A DNA stretch of 64,000 nucleotides from contig NC_058368.1 of NCBI RefSeq assembly GCF_018350175.1, forward strand, positions 221,156,001 to 221,220,000, written 5' to 3'. Each line of letters opens with the position of its first letter. The first letter of the stretch is position 1. The translations under genes were made by a program, and so were the position numbers. This document shows, in pieces, positions 38,195 to 51,436 of the stretch. The notes beneath the pieces were generated by a model. The model worked only from the letters and a program-made list of their open reading frames with translations, had not been told where the DNA came from and did not search any database. Source of the DNA: Felis catus (taxonomy: Eukaryota).

Positions 38195-39987
38195 GATCCA
38201 GCAAAACAACCTAAGATAAAAGAATCTCCAAAATTGGAGAAAACTCAGAGTGAGGCTCAGGAGAGTGATGTTCTGGAAATTAAATAAAGAAAACACTTCA
38301 GAAAATAGGTGTGATTGATTTGTGGTATATGGTGCCATTAGAACAAGGTAATGACTAAGACCTACTGGGATGTGAAGTCATTGGTGTCCTTAAACAGACC
38401 CTGACCTGAAAGAATGGAGATAAAATATTTGGAATTTGTTTCAGGGAAAATGACAAAATATGAATTGGAGACAGAATATAGGAGTTTGGTCTAATATTGG
38501 AGCAGACATAGCCTTGTATGTAGACTGGAATGTGGGATAAAGGAAGTATTTGGCTTGTTTTCAGATAGAATACAGTATTACAGAATGCCTTTATTATCTC
38601 TGGTAGTGATTCTGCAGGAATTAAATAATATAAGGGTGATAGAAATATGGCAGACTGTTGTAAGAGTAGAAAGCTTAAGAGAGAGGTTGTAGGATCTCAT
38701 GCATGCGGAACAGGTAGGTTTTGAACTTAGCGAAGAGTGTGACAGTTTCTTTCATTTTTCTAGAAAGCAAAGTGGAAAAATACACATACATACATATAAA
38801 CAGGTAGTGTATAGATGGGGTGTTGGGAGAATGTATGTAACTTTTTTTCTGAATGCTTCCTATTATAAAAGAAAAGGTGTAGATTTATCCCCTCTGTGAG
38901 AAAAAGAAGGAATTGATTTGAGAAACCTAGTTGGATTCCAGATAGCACAAATGGCCTACTTCAGGGAGATGCTTATGAACTGAAAGTAAGAACAGTTACT
39001 GTGATTGTGTCTTTTTCTCCAACCCAATTTAGTTTTCCACATGCAGATGCAGAGTAGCAGAGATGTTGGATAAAGTAAGAATTAGGGTTTTGTCAGTAAA
39101 GTGTGATGGAGGGACAAAGGAACAAGGAAGCTGAGCGCTCAGGAACGCCTTGTACTTAACAGTTTAAATGTAGAGATACTATATCTTATGTCTACCAAAT
39201 AATCTGAGGGCCATTATCTTAAAAATGGAAAAGAATAACTATATCAATTTTCATAAAGTGAAAAAAATTAGTGGTGAACGAGTTAAAATTTTGAAGTATC
39301 CATAAGAGAAGTGCAACCAAATTAGGAAACCATTAGTTCCCTATGATCTTCATGGTGCATGGTTCTTTTAAGCCAATAATGTAAGATAAAAAACTTCAGA
39401 ATTTTAATACCCAGATCTTCAAGGTGTCTGCTTATAAAATAAGAATCCCTTTACAACGTGAGATTTGTGTGTCTTACTGTGTCAGGACTGGATGCTTATA
39501 AGCAGCAGATTGTGCTCTCCAGGGCTCATTAACTATTCATCATCACAAAAGCTCCCTTGCCCTAAGCCTCTATCTCATCTTTGATCTTTTCACCTCTGTC
39601 AAGGCTAAACCAGTAGTTTTCATTCTCTTAAGGGTTCCTATATCCTCCAATAAGTAAATACATACATCCATACATGCAGACTCACTTGTTTATTTCAAAT
39701 GGGAAAGAAGAATCGCCACACAGCTTTGAGGAATTACCCCACTTCTGAAGTTATGCAGAAAGAAATTTGAAATTTCTCTGAGATTATGAGAACTTTTTGT
39801 ATTTCTTATACATGAAAGTGCCTAGATACCTTCACCTGGATCACAAAGTCAGCCTCTCCACTTCTCTTGTAGTGATAAAGGGGAGAAAGCTTAGAAATAA
39901 ATGAGTGGTGAATATATATATCAATTAATAATTAGTAAAATTAAATATAGATGAATAATACTAAAAAATAAATATTTGTCATTAAAC

Positions 39988-40367
39988 TGTTATGAGTTGA
40001 ATTGTGTCCCTTCAAATTTGTTTGTTGAGGTCCTAAACTCCAGTATCTCAGAATGTGACTTTATTTGGAGATCAGGGTAATCAATTTAAAATGAGGTCAT
40101 TGGGTGGGCCCCAATCCAGTAGGGCTTGTATACTTATAACAAGAGGAAATCTGGATAGAGACATGCATAGAGGGAGAGGATTCAAAGTAGATTAGGGAGG
40201 AGGCAACTCTCTATCAAGCAGAGAGGTCAGGAGGGCTCTTCCTTCACAGCCTTGCTGACACCTTGATTTGGGATTTCTAGTCTCCAGAATTGTGAGACAA
40301 TAAATTCTGTTGTTTAAGCCTCCCAGTTTGTAGTATTTGGTTATGGCCTCCCTGGTGTATTTACATA
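39988..40367 (+). mobile_element. MaLR solo LTR (MLT1B-like)
   Basis: TGTTATGAGTTGAATTGTGTCCC start; gaatgtgactttatttggaga; taaattctgttgtttaagcc...gttatggcc end. Confidence 0.88.
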
Positions 40368-40429
40368 GGACCCATGTAATTTTCAGTTGAAAAAGATTTG
40401 TTTGCTTTCCACTCCGTGATGGGTATAAT

Positions 40430-40855
40430 TTGAGGAGCTCTGTAGAATCACCTGTCTTTTAGGAGTAGTGGGTTTACCTGCTTGTTTTTTTTTTTTTTTA
40501 ATTTTTTTTTTAACGTTTATTTATTTTTGGGACAGAGAGAGACAGAGCATGAACGGGGGAGGGGCAGAGAGAGAGGGAGACACAGAATCAGAAACAGGCT
40601 CCAGGCTCCGAGCCATCAGCCCAGAGCCTGACGCGGGGCTGGAACTCACGGACTGCGAGATCGTGACCTGGCTGAAGTCGGACGCTTAACCGACTGCGCC
40701 ACCCAGGCACCCCTACCTGCTTGTTTGATGATGACAATTGTCCCAGCCACTCACCCTCCAAAATTTTGATTCCACTGGTTTGAGTTAGGGTCCAAGAATG
40801 AGAACATTTATTAGTACTCCAGGTAACTGTAATCCTCAGGCAAGATGGGGAAATT
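40430..40855. mobile_element. MER5A-like hAT MITE remnant split by a SINE
   Basis: tagaatcacctg...ttttgattccactggtttgagttagggtccaagaat...ctccaggtaactgtaat. Confidence 0.45.
40488..40713 (-). mobile_element. Young felid CanSINE (SINEC_Fc-type)
   Basis: Same diagnostic body as 2289 (gagccatcagcccagagc); 13-bp TSD TACCTGCTTGTTT at 40475-40487 and 40714-40726. Confidence 0.96.
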
Positions 40856-41276
40856 ATAATTTACTAAAAAGTTGTATCAGTAATGTAAACAGTTACAAAG
40901 TTTCAGATGTGTGAAAGAAAAAACTGGGGTATTACATGATAAAATTCTAATTATTTCCAATATGTTAAATATTGTAAACATATCACTGCTTTGCAGAGGA
41001 TATAAAAGCATGTGTATCTGTATCTATACCTAAAATTCTATCTATCATATATGTGTGTCCATATATCTAGATCTGTATTTATTTACTTAAGATATATATT
41101 GCATAACATGTTTATAAATTTTACATTAAAGGAGGAATAGTGATAAAAAGATTTTATAGTTTCAAAACTATATACACAGTGCTAAAGGCATCTTTGGTAT
41201 CTATAACAAAAGTACTGTATTAAAAACTGGAATACAAACATATAAAATATAAACATTTAAAAAAAATTTGTGTTTT

Positions 41277-41493
41277 AAAAAAATTTTTAACGTGTATTTA
41301 TTATTGAGAGACAGAGACACACAGAGTGTGAGCAGGGGAGGGATAGAGCGAGGGGGAGACATAGAATCTGAAGCAGGCTCCAGGCTCTGAGCTGTCAGCA
41401 CAGGGCCCGACGTGGGGCTCGAACCCACAAACTGCGAGATCATGACCTGAGCCAAAGTCGGTCGCTTAAACAACTGAGCCACCCAGGCGAACC
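41277..41493 (-). mobile_element. CanSINE inserted in the tail of the next SINE
   Basis: Reverse SINEC; degenerate TSD AAAAATTTGTGTTTT / AAAAATCTTTGTTTT. Confidence 0.9.
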
Positions 41494-41504
41494 AAAAATC
41501 TTTG

Positions 41505-41530
41505 TTTTTTTATGTTTATTTATTTATTTT

Positions 41531-41566
<36 letters not shown>

Positions 41567-41725
41567 TGGGAGGTGCAGAGAGAGAGGTGGAGAGAGAGAA
41601 TCCTAAACAGGCTCTGCAGTCAGTATAGAATCCAATGCAGGACTCCACGCCATGAACAATGAGATCATGACCTGAGCCAAAACCAAGAGTCAGACGTTTA
41701 ACTGACTGAGCCACCAAGCCACCCC
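41505..41725 (-). mobile_element. CanSINE with (GACA)n
   Basis: Reverse SINEC ending gagccaccaagccacccc. Confidence 0.9.
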
Positions 41726-41934
41726 TCTTATCGACATCTTAATAAAAGTGAAGTAAGTTTTATTTTTATGAAGGAGGGTGTTAAGGGGGAGAATAGTCAT
41801 GATCACAGTACTAATTTATAAAGATGAACCTGCTTGTCTTTCACTGCCCTTTAGAAGGCAGGGACAGGGAGAAACTAGTTACAAATAAGAGTTAAGTATT
41901 TAATTAGTAGACATTATTTAGACATTACATCATG

Positions 41935-42260
41935 GCTTCACTTCATTCAAACAATATTAATGACCAACTATTATGCACCAATATATTTCTATGACATATG
42001 GTGTTAAAAAACGGGAGACTAAGTCCCTCCCCTCATTTAGCACATATTTCTAGTGCAGGAGAGAGAAAATTAATTCCTTAACAAAAAATTAAAATCTAAT
42101 GTCAGGTAGGGCTGACTAAAAACAAACATAAAGCAGTGAGAGAGATGAAGTGGGATGAGAACCCTTAGGAGGTTTCATCATGGCGGCCGATCGGAAGTAA
42201 TACCTGAGAAGAGATGTGAAGGAGCCATGGAGGCCATGTCTCAGGGGAATTGGTTTCAAC
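41935..42260 (-). mobile_element. L2 3' fragment
   Basis: ttcacttcattcaaacaatattaatgaccaactattatgcacc...gtccctcccctcatttagc...tctagtg. Confidence 0.65.
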
Positions 42261-42847
42261 AATGCAGGCCCTCCCTACACATGCCAGGCAGCTGATACAG
42301 GAGTATAAATGGAGATCTACCTACTGTCTCTCTCAATATTTGCAGTTTTAACATGTAAACACAAACTGGGCTGTCGAGGTCTTCTCCCCAGCCCATTCTA
42401 TTTCACCTCAAACCAGTATAGGCCAGAGGGGTAGCACGGATCTGCTGCAACTGACGATTGAAGGGTCTGGAACCTGGATCCCGTCAGGCTCCCCAAGGAG
42501 CTTCTGCATGTCTTATTTTTCCCACTCAGGATTTCTAAGCCATTAAAAGTGTCTCTAACATGACACACAATTAGTAGAGGTGAAGGAGTAAGAGTTTCTA
42601 TACACCCACTTTGGGGATTTGGGGAAGCCGAAATAAAACCAACTAGCCTCCTCTCTTCTGGCTTACCAGTTCAGAGACCTGATTTTCTCTCTGCCCTCCC
42701 ACCTGGCACCCCCCCCCCCAACACACAGAAACACACCTGAACAAATGTAGAGTGTTACATATTCTCATATATTCTCATTCACACTCAAACATACTCACAA
42801 AGATTCACTCATATCCCTGTACATACTTACACATGTACACCCACGCG

Positions 42848-42849
<2 letters not shown>

Positions 42850-42880
<31 letters not shown>

Positions 42881-42883
42881 CAC
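42850..42883. repeat. (CA)n microsatellite
   Basis: Read directly from the sequence. Confidence 0.95.
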
Positions 42884-43095
42884 TAAATGCTTAGTCATAC
42901 CTTATCAAACACACTCACACACTTACACAAGCCCACATACAGACTCTGTCACATTTTTGCTATCTCAGGCTTACATGCTTTTGCCAGGCATGTCTCAATT
43001 CAGGCCTCGAGTGACCATCTTCCCATAATCCCCATGTGCTCATTGCCTTACTAAATTCCCAGGAACTAAAAACAAAATAAAAAACAAAACCCCTC

Positions 43096-43160
43096 AAAAC
43101 CAAACCAAACCAAACCAAACCAAACCAAACCAAACCAAACCAAACAAAACAAAACAAAAA
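43096..43160. repeat. (CAAAC)n pentanucleotide repeat
   Basis: Read directly from the sequence. Confidence 0.95.
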
Positions 43161-43289
43161 AAACTTCATAGCATTCAAACAGGAAAAAAAGAAAACCCTG
43201 TTTCAGTTGTTTGTGATCTGTAGGGTCTTAAAAAGCATAGAGCTTAGAGAGGGAGTTGTCAACCTCTGGCCAAGGTATGTAGATGGAAA

Positions 43290-43930
43290 TGCTTCCAGTC
43301 CCTCGAGTAAGAGAAAGCTTTGGCTGATTGGAGGAAAAATAAGATGACCAGTTTATTAAAGTTCATTTAGTCAAGATAAGATAATAGCTGTGATTTAAAT
43401 TGTGCAAGAAGGCAGATCGTGCGAGATCTTGTGTAAGGAGTCTGATGATGGCAGAAGTGGCTGGTGGGTTTCAGTAAGAGAATGAATTAATCTGGTCTTC
43501 ATCATGAAAATGATAAATTCCAGTGTACCTGTGTGGATGTAGAGAGAGTTAATGGACTATTGCAATTTAGGTATAAGTAATGGTGGTTTTGGGTTCTGGT
43601 GATAATAAAAGTGCATGGTCAGCAATGGATGCATTTATAGAATATATGGAAGATGGATCCAGTGGATCCTGGTGATAAATTGGATGTAGGAAATTCAGGG
43701 AAACAGGGAATGAGGAATGTCTTCTAGACTCTACATGACACACTGAGTGCATTTACTGTGATGTGACAATGGTATTGGAAATAATTATGGGAGAAAGAAG
43801 TCTGGAGTTCTGTGACATGATTATTTGAAATATCTGTGAAACATCTAAATTAGAAACAGACTCGTTATTTGGATATTTGATCCAAGGGTTAGGTCAGGGC
43901 TGGAAATATAATTGGAAGACAAACATATAT
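43290..43930 (-). mobile_element. L2 fragment
   Basis: gtgtaaggagtctga...ctattgcaatttagg...ttggatgtagg...tttgaaatatctgtgaaacatcta...ggtcagggctggaaatataattgg. Confidence 0.6.
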
Positions 43931-45771
43931 TTGATGATTCAGAATTGTGGCTTTTCAGTGACTACTCCTAATATAGAATTTTCCAACAAGCAATAGACAA
44001 GATATGTAATAGAAGTTCTGGCTGGAAATCAGTAATGGATTTATGGATGCAAGAGATTCCAGATACTTAGACCTAGAAGGAAATTTTCTGGTCAACTCTT
44101 TTGATGTCCACTAAATTTTTGGATGGTAAGTGATTTTTCTCACTGTTTGCATGTCAGTAGGATATCCAGACTATGGGAATCACTTCACCCAAAGTTTTTG
44201 AATATCAAAGAAATGGGGGAAATTTGGGAAAGAGAGACTAAAGAAATGAAGAAAAGGTGAACACTGGCAGAACTATAGGTTCTGCTACAAGAAGAATTGG
44301 GTCCTAAAAAAGAAATCGTTTTGTCACAAGAGTAGAAATGGAATAAATTTCACTAATGTGAAGGGAAATAAGTTTAAATTAAGAAGGATTTTCTGTAATG
44401 GCAACTGCTATAAGAGGTGAGGAGGGATACGAGCTGATGAGACACCAGAAGGGAATGAAAATACACTTAAATACTTCAGGAAAATATTTGAATTTTAATG
44501 TAATAAAATTTTCTTACATAATCATTACTATGGACCAAATGTTTGCGTCCTCCCAAAATTCCTATGTCTATTTGATATATATTACTTTAATTCATTTAGC
44601 CACTTTTTCATCCATGTACTCAACAAATGTTTTTGAATAATTATACATGAGGCACTTTGCTGGTACTCGATATTATTATGCATTTTCTGTAAACCGTATT
44701 ATTTAGAATCCAGGCAGTAATCTACTGGTCTATATACTTTTGCTTATATGACTTAACGTCATATTTAAAACATTGTATATGTAGTACTACTAAATTTGAA
44801 TTTATGGAATATTTTATATTTAGTATCATTTTTATTGAGTAATCTCTCAAAAAGGAATTAAGAAATTTATCATGAGTACTTAGAGCTCTGTATGAACATT
44901 GTCAAAAACCTATTCGGAAGCATTGTGCCATTTGCACACATGTGCGCACACATACGAGCAATTATTAGAGTGATCTGTTACAGTTTTGTGTTGCCAGCAG
45001 TGGTTAATATATTTTGCTAATTAGACTTTTGAAAAAGATATTATTCATTATTCTGTCTCATGTTTCTCTACTTTCAGTTTAAACATTTTTCTTGATTTAT
45101 TCCTAACTGTATTGCATCTTTATGTTAATTGTATGTTTGTGGTCTACTTGTTCATTTGCTAGAATCATAGTTGTTTTCTTATATTGTTTCTTTACTTAAT
45201 GATATATTAGTCTTTTGGCATCTCTCCCGAAACAAATTTCCCACTATAGATTCTGGCCATGATTTCCAAACTCCCTTACTAATTGCCCAAATAACTAAAT
45301 TAACAGTATTTATATGGATTGAGTTGGTTCTTTCCTGCTTTGGTGGACACTCTCCTGGTAGTAAGTTTTTCACTGATTTTCCTGTACTTTGTGAGTTTGT
45401 CTGAAGAGTGTGCCTTGTCTTCTCTAGTAGTTTTTCAGGTGGCCTGTGTTTATGAACATTCCTATGGGCAGATTTTGTTTTTAATTTTGCTAGAATCTAT
45501 GGATTATATTGGTTCTAGTTCAGTTTTTTATGTTAATGTCTTCTGAGATTCAAGTTTTCACAAGAACAGGAAGGACATGATTTTTTTCTTCAGTGACTAT
45601 CTTCCCACATTTTTTAGTTGCAATTTAAAACACTGAAAGTCACTCTCTTCTTAACTAAGGCTTGTGTAGGAAGCCCACTTTCAACTACCTTCTTAATAAT
45701 GGGCCGGGCATTGCCTTTTATCCCAGTTTTCCACAAGCATTCAACACTGGCTCTTATGATATCTGCTTAGT

Positions 45772-46301
45772 TGTTGTAGACTCTAAGTCTAAAGTTCTCT
45801 CTTGTCTATCAAGAGAGTGAGACACAGGATTAAAATGCGAGAGAGATGGCTAATGTCTGGGAAAACACAAGTGCCCTGGATAAGGATCCTTGCCCCGTAT
45901 TTATTAGGATCAGAAGGCTTACAAAAGTGATGGGTGTGCACAAAGAGACAATGAATCGGTGAACATTAACTCATGGGCATGAGGGAAAGGGGGTTTTGAA
46001 GAGATACAGTGTTTGGGTCAATATAAAACAAAATCCTGGCACTGGGCAGATGGGCAGATGGTTGTTAATGGAGATAGGAGATGCCGTGTCTGTTTATCTT
46101 AGCTATCCTGGGGATAAGGCAAGGGAAATAACCTCAGGTTGCACCTCCCTGTTCTGAGGGCCCCAGCCCCCCTTCTCTATCCTTATACGCCTCATCTTGT
46201 TTACCCAAACTCGGGTGTGAACATCCTATGTGTTTATACTTCTTTATGCTTTGTTAACCCATTGGTGTAAGCCCTGGGAATTCCTAAGCTTATTCCCCAC
46301 A
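45772..46301 (-). mobile_element. Solo LTR with 6-bp TSD (class II / ERVK-like)
   Basis: TG...CA termini, 530 bp, perfect TSD CTTAGT at 45766-45771 and 46302-46307; AATAAA on minus at ~45900-45905. Confidence 0.85.
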
Positions 46302-46409
46302 CTTAGTCCTGATTTTATCTCCTCTCCCTCCCCCTCTCATGGCTCTCACTTTGATTCCCTCTTTCTTTCTGATTACTGGATTGTGATTTTTGCTTTTCAC
46401 TCAACTGTA

Positions 46410-46444
<35 letters not shown>
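46410..46444. repeat. (TG)n microsatellite
   Basis: Read directly from the sequence. Confidence 0.95.
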
Positions 46445-46447
<3 letters not shown>

Positions 46448-46462
46448 ATATATAATTCTAAA

Positions 46463-46484
46463 TTTTTTAATGTTTATTTTTGAG

Positions 46485-46524
<40 letters not shown>

Positions 46525-46687
46525 GGGGAGAGACAGAGAGAGAGAGAGGGAGACACAGAACCCTAAGTAGGCTCCAGGGTCTGAGCTGTCAGCACAGAAG
46601 CCGACATAGGGCTCCAACCCACAAACCAGGAAATCATGACCTGAGCCAAAATCAAACGCTTAACCTACTGAGCCCCCCAGGTGCCCC
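46463..46687 (-). mobile_element. CanSINE
   Basis: Reverse SINEC with long (GA)n. Confidence 0.92.
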
Positions 46688-46732
46688 TTCAACTACATAT
46701 TTTTAATGTTTTGTTTTATTTGTCAGAGTGTT

Positions 46733-46934
46733 TTTAAAAATGTTTATTTATTCTGAGAGACGTGTGCAAATGGGGGAAAGGCAGAGAGAGAGGGAGTGAG
46801 CGAGAATCCCAAGTAGACTCCCACTGGGTCAGCACAGAGCCCAGTGTGGACCTCCATCTCACTAACCATGAGATCACGACCTAAGCTGAAACCAAGAGTA
46901 GGACACCTCAATGACTGAGCCACACAGGTGCCCC
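46733..46934 (-). mobile_element. CanSINE
   Basis: Reverse SINEC; TSD core TGTCAG..TTTTT on both sides. Confidence 0.9.
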
Positions 46935-47946
46935 TGTCAGGTTTTTTTGGTGGGGGATTTCCCTATAATATCCTTAACAAAGGTTTTGTTCCGTAATGCA
47001 TCGATTTTTGAGGTTATTTTTGTTATTTCTGTTAGGCCTCTAAGAGTCATAAGCCATCATTCTTTCAGTGTTTGACAGCTATTCCTTAGGACACATTTTA
47101 GTTTGTTGTCAATGACACTTTGGTCTGTCTGCAATGAACAGATGTATAGCATGAAGTCATTTTTACAATGAGGTTAGGTTTTGAGTTGATTTTTCTCAAT
47201 TGTTAAAAAATTTTAGTAGTATTTATTGAATACCCTTTCTTCACTCTTATACTATCAATATGTTTATATAAGGTTTCACAAATTTGTATAGAAATAGAAA
47301 AATATAATGATAAAAACCAAATATAATGGAAAAAACATAAAGACCATCAAGATCATCAGGAGATGATAGTGACAGTTGAAATAAGTAAATAAATAAATAA
47401 TAATAAGCATATAAGTGGAGGCAAAATAAAGAGAAATATGAAATTTCCCATCATCCTCCACTTTGTACCTTTCCAAAAGTTTACATGTGTCATTAATATT
47501 GAACTAAAAAATTATTTTCACAAAGGCAGTTACACTATATACATTGTTCATTTTGTGTTCGCAAATATATCTCTCTATATATTTGACCTTTGAGATCTAC
47601 CTCATTCTTTCATGGACTGACAGGTTTTTTGTTTTGTTTTGTTTTTTGTTTTCTAACCCATGGGTGACCCATAGTTTGTTTAACTGGTTGTCCTTACTTG
47701 AATACACTTTGCTTTTTCTAATAATAGCAAAATGAGTCTCCTGTACTCACTTCTTAGGATCACTGGGTCAAAATAAAGCATAATAAAATATTGCTGACTG
47801 CTCTAAAAAAGTTATATCAATCAATTTACATTATCACCAAAGGTTATGAACCTTCTCATTTCTTATGCCCTCAGTGTTACTGGATATTATGAAACTTCTT
47901 AAATATTTCTCCCATAAGTAGAAACTTAAAGTTCCATCTTAGTTTT

Positions 47947-48124
47947 GGGGTGCCTGAGTGGCTCAGTCAGTTAAGCATATGAGTCTTGATTTCGGCTCAG
48001 GTCATGATCTCACGGTCATGGGATCAAGCCCCACATTTGGGCATGGAGCCTGCTTGGGATTCTGCCACTCTCCCTCTCACTCTCCCCTCCTCTCTCTCAA
48101 AATAACTAAACATTAAAAAAAAAA
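47947..48124 (+). mobile_element. CanSINE (short body)
   Basis: 19-bp TSD AAAGTTCCATCTTAGTTTT at 47928-47946 and 48125-48143. Confidence 0.94.
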
Positions 48125-49675
48125 AAAGTTCCATCTTAGTTTTAATTTACCTTGCTTTAATTATGAATAATTTTTGAGCTACATTTAAAAAAATGAATTA
48201 AGGAGACTCCAATAAAATAGCACAATTTTTTAATTCATATTTGGCCTTTCAAAAGAAAGAGCAAAATTTGCTAAGTTTTCTGATATCTTTTCTAAAATTT
48301 TGGTACTTTAAACTTGATATTTACAAGTGCCTTTAGTTTCTACTTTAGCCTGTTCTTGCTTCATCTAATTTTCTTTCTTTCTTTCTCTCTTTCCTTCTTT
48401 CTTTCTTTCTTTTTTAATTTGGGAAGTCATCTATTTTTAACTCACAATTATGTCTTTGCTTCATTTTATATATCAATTATTTCATTTTTTTTAATTCATT
48501 ATTTTATATTGTTTTCCTAATGTACTCCACAGGAATTTGATTTTCTTCTCCACATGCTGCAGTTTTAAAGCAAAGTAATTTCCTATGTTTCTATTATTAT
48601 CACAGTCACATGTATCTCATTCATTCATTTGAAAAGTATGAACTGACTCAACTGAGAGATCCTTAGTCTTTAAATTTCTGTCAGCTACTCTTGGCTCACC
48701 AAGAATTGAGTTGTTTGGATGATGTATTATTGAGCTTTTTATTTATTACTGGATTAAAGAAAGTGTAGACAGACAACATTTTAATGTTGGGGGCATATTA
48801 ATTTTCCATTGTTTGCATAAGATTGTATAAGATACATCATAATGCAATCCTAATTTTGGCATAAAAATAAGAGTAAACTGTTATATGACTGATAATTCAT
48901 TTTAAAATTTTATAATACACATTTTATTATATACGCCAAACCAAACAAGTGAAGGTTGGGTAAATAAGAAATTTTGTTTTATGACCTGATATAATGAAAT
49001 GCCTTTTTAAGAATAAAATCTAAAATATGTATGGCAGATAATTAATATTCGAGTTACAAAGGAATGCATGTTATACTGTGAAAAGTCTGAGAGAGGCTCC
49101 TGCAACAGTTGGGGTACTAAATCCATTGCTGAGGGTACAGTTTGGTCTCATACCATGATTATAGCAATAAAGTCAATGATATCATTGCAGACACAACAAC
49201 ACTTTATAGTGCTATTAAATGGATATACTTACTGAAGGTGCATGAAAGGGAGCAGGTTTTAATAGATAAAAAAAATCATGTTTTCTGCCATTTAGATTAT
49301 TTTTTAATTTGAGACAAACAGGAAGTATGATTAACTATAATGGAAATAAATTAAAAGGAGCAAGTAAGTGGAAACACTTTTGAGGATCATATTAAATATA
49401 AAGTAATTTTAATTTGAGTGTATGAGTGTTATTGAAATATAGCTGTAATCTAACATGCAACATTAAAATATCTAAAAAGATACATTATATATTAAATTTG
49501 AATAAGAAAATACAAACTTTGTGATGTTACCATGTGTGAAAACATAGACCTACTAATTATGTAACAGCAATTGTATAATAATTAAATCCTCAATAGTCGG
49601 CCTGTCAGCTAAAATCTGTGATACTTTCAAAGTGGTATTTATTCCTCCTCTAGAGACAAAACTACTAAGATGTTC

Positions 49676-50129
49676 TTACAGGTTGAATTACATCTGCAAA
49701 AAGAATATATTGAATATTTTCCAGTAGTTATGAATGTGACCTTTTTGGGAATAGGGTTTTGCAGATATAATCGAGTTAAGATAAAGTCATTAGGATGGGT
49801 CCCAATCCCAACATGACTGGTGTCTTTATAAGAGGAGAAAAAAAAAAATAGAGATATACTAGGTAAAGACAGCCAACTGACAGAAGAGGCAGAAATTGGA
49901 GTAATACATTTATAAGCCAGCTAACTCCTAGAGTTGCCAGAAAATCACCAGAAGCTAAAATGAGGCAGGGAAGGATTCTGTTCTAAAGATTTAAAAGAGA
50001 GCATGGTCTTAATGTTTTTGGTTTCACATTTCTAATCTCTGTGAGGCGATAAATTTGTGTTCTTTTCAGCCAACAGATTGTGGCTTTTTTTTTTTTTTTT
50101 TTTCATGACAGCCCTAGGAAACTAATACA
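49676..50129 (+). mobile_element. MaLR solo LTR (MLT1C-like)
   Basis: tgaatgtgacctttttgggaatagggttttgcagat...atgactggtgtctttataagagga...caccagaagcta...cagccctaggaaactaataca. Confidence 0.88.
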
Positions 50130-50990
50130 GACATGGAACATTTTGAATGCATCCTCTGGCAATTATAGGGGCACTTGTTTGGCAAAGGAAAATGCCTTGG
50201 CTTTGTTTGTATGAATTCCACTCATGCCCAAGGTTTCAGGATCTAGGACTATGTCTCTGGTCTCTGATGGATTTCAGGTCAAGGGAAAAACTTAGAATTC
50301 TCATAAGATAAGTTGACCATGGTTTTCTTGTACTTTAGAATGAATCCCTTCAAAGCACTAAAATAAAGAAATAGATAGATAAAATAGAGAAGAAAAGGAA
50401 AGAAAAGGAAAGAAAAGAAAAGAAAACCCATAAATAGTTTGGTTCAATACAACCAGGTTGAACGCTCAAGCTCACTCAAAACTGTTGTGCATCCTCCTGA
50501 TCTACTTTGCTATGATTAGCACCCTTGTCTTTTTTACCTTGAAGCTTCAACAAAAGTCAACCACACAGAGATCCTGGACTCTTGGGTGACATATATCTTA
50601 AGTTGGAGGAAATATGTCAGGATTTTGCATAAATTATGCCAGATTTGAAGTTTCCATGAGCTAATTGTTTTATATCATGAATATAACTGAAAGGAGACTT
50701 AACCCTCATAGGTTTCAAAGTCTTATATAGAAATGTTCTTTCCACTCAAAAACTTGTAGAGCTAGAACGAAGAGGTCATAGATGTACTAGCAAATAGATA
50801 ATTTTATCGGGTAACTGTTCACAGGTTCAGGTCTGTGCCATTTAAGAATACATATCACAAAGTGCAACATGACTTGCCCTCTTGAACAGCACAACTGAGT
50901 AGATGATAAGGCTAATAGAGTGTGTGTTAAATACATGAAGAGATTCACAGGACTTGAAAAAAATCTCACTTGAACTATTAGATATGTTAG

Positions 50991-51431
50991 CAGTGGTGTG
51001 CAGGAATCTCCTAAGCACTGGCTTAGGAGAGCTGATGATTAAACCCCCAGAAATTTTTCAAGGTGAGTGCTAAACACATCCATTATTAAAAATCAATTAC
51101 ATACTTATGGGGCACCTGAGTGGCTCAGTTGTTTAAGCCTCTGACTCATGATTTGCGCTCAGGTCATGATCTCATGGTTTGTGAGTTCAAGCCCCGCATC
51201 AGGCTCCGCGCTGCCAGTACAGAGCCTGCTTGGGATTCTCTCTTTCTCCTCTCTCTCTCTGCCTCTCTCTTGTTCATGCTCTCTCTCACTCTTCCTCAAA
51301 ATGAATAAATAAACCTTTAAAAGCTGAATTGCAATTTATATCTATAATTACATATTAATTATATAAAACATTGGTGAATATTAAAAACTCATTTGTTTCT
51401 AATTATTTTACTGGATTTTGCTATTATCTAT
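50991..51431 (+). mobile_element. hAT-Blackjack DNA transposon fragment (MER63-like), split by a SINE
   Basis: CAGTGGTGTGC terminus, ccattattaaaaat and ctaattattttactgg...ctattatctat motifs. Confidence 0.7.
51109..51322 (+). mobile_element. CanSINE
   Basis: SINEC head ggggcacctgagtggctcag, B box gagttcaagccc, CT tract and tail. Confidence 0.92.
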
Positions 51432-51436
51432 AGACT

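Larger units (their letters stand above)
36430..38900 (-). mobile_element. Long L2 fragment interrupted by a SINE and an LTR
   Basis: L2 tail ttattcgttcaataaatat and collinear L2 body motifs (gctaagtgctatgaaga, ggagggcattgagc, gtagccagttggatat, ggatgagatcacctagg, gaagtcattggtgtcctt). Confidence 0.75.
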
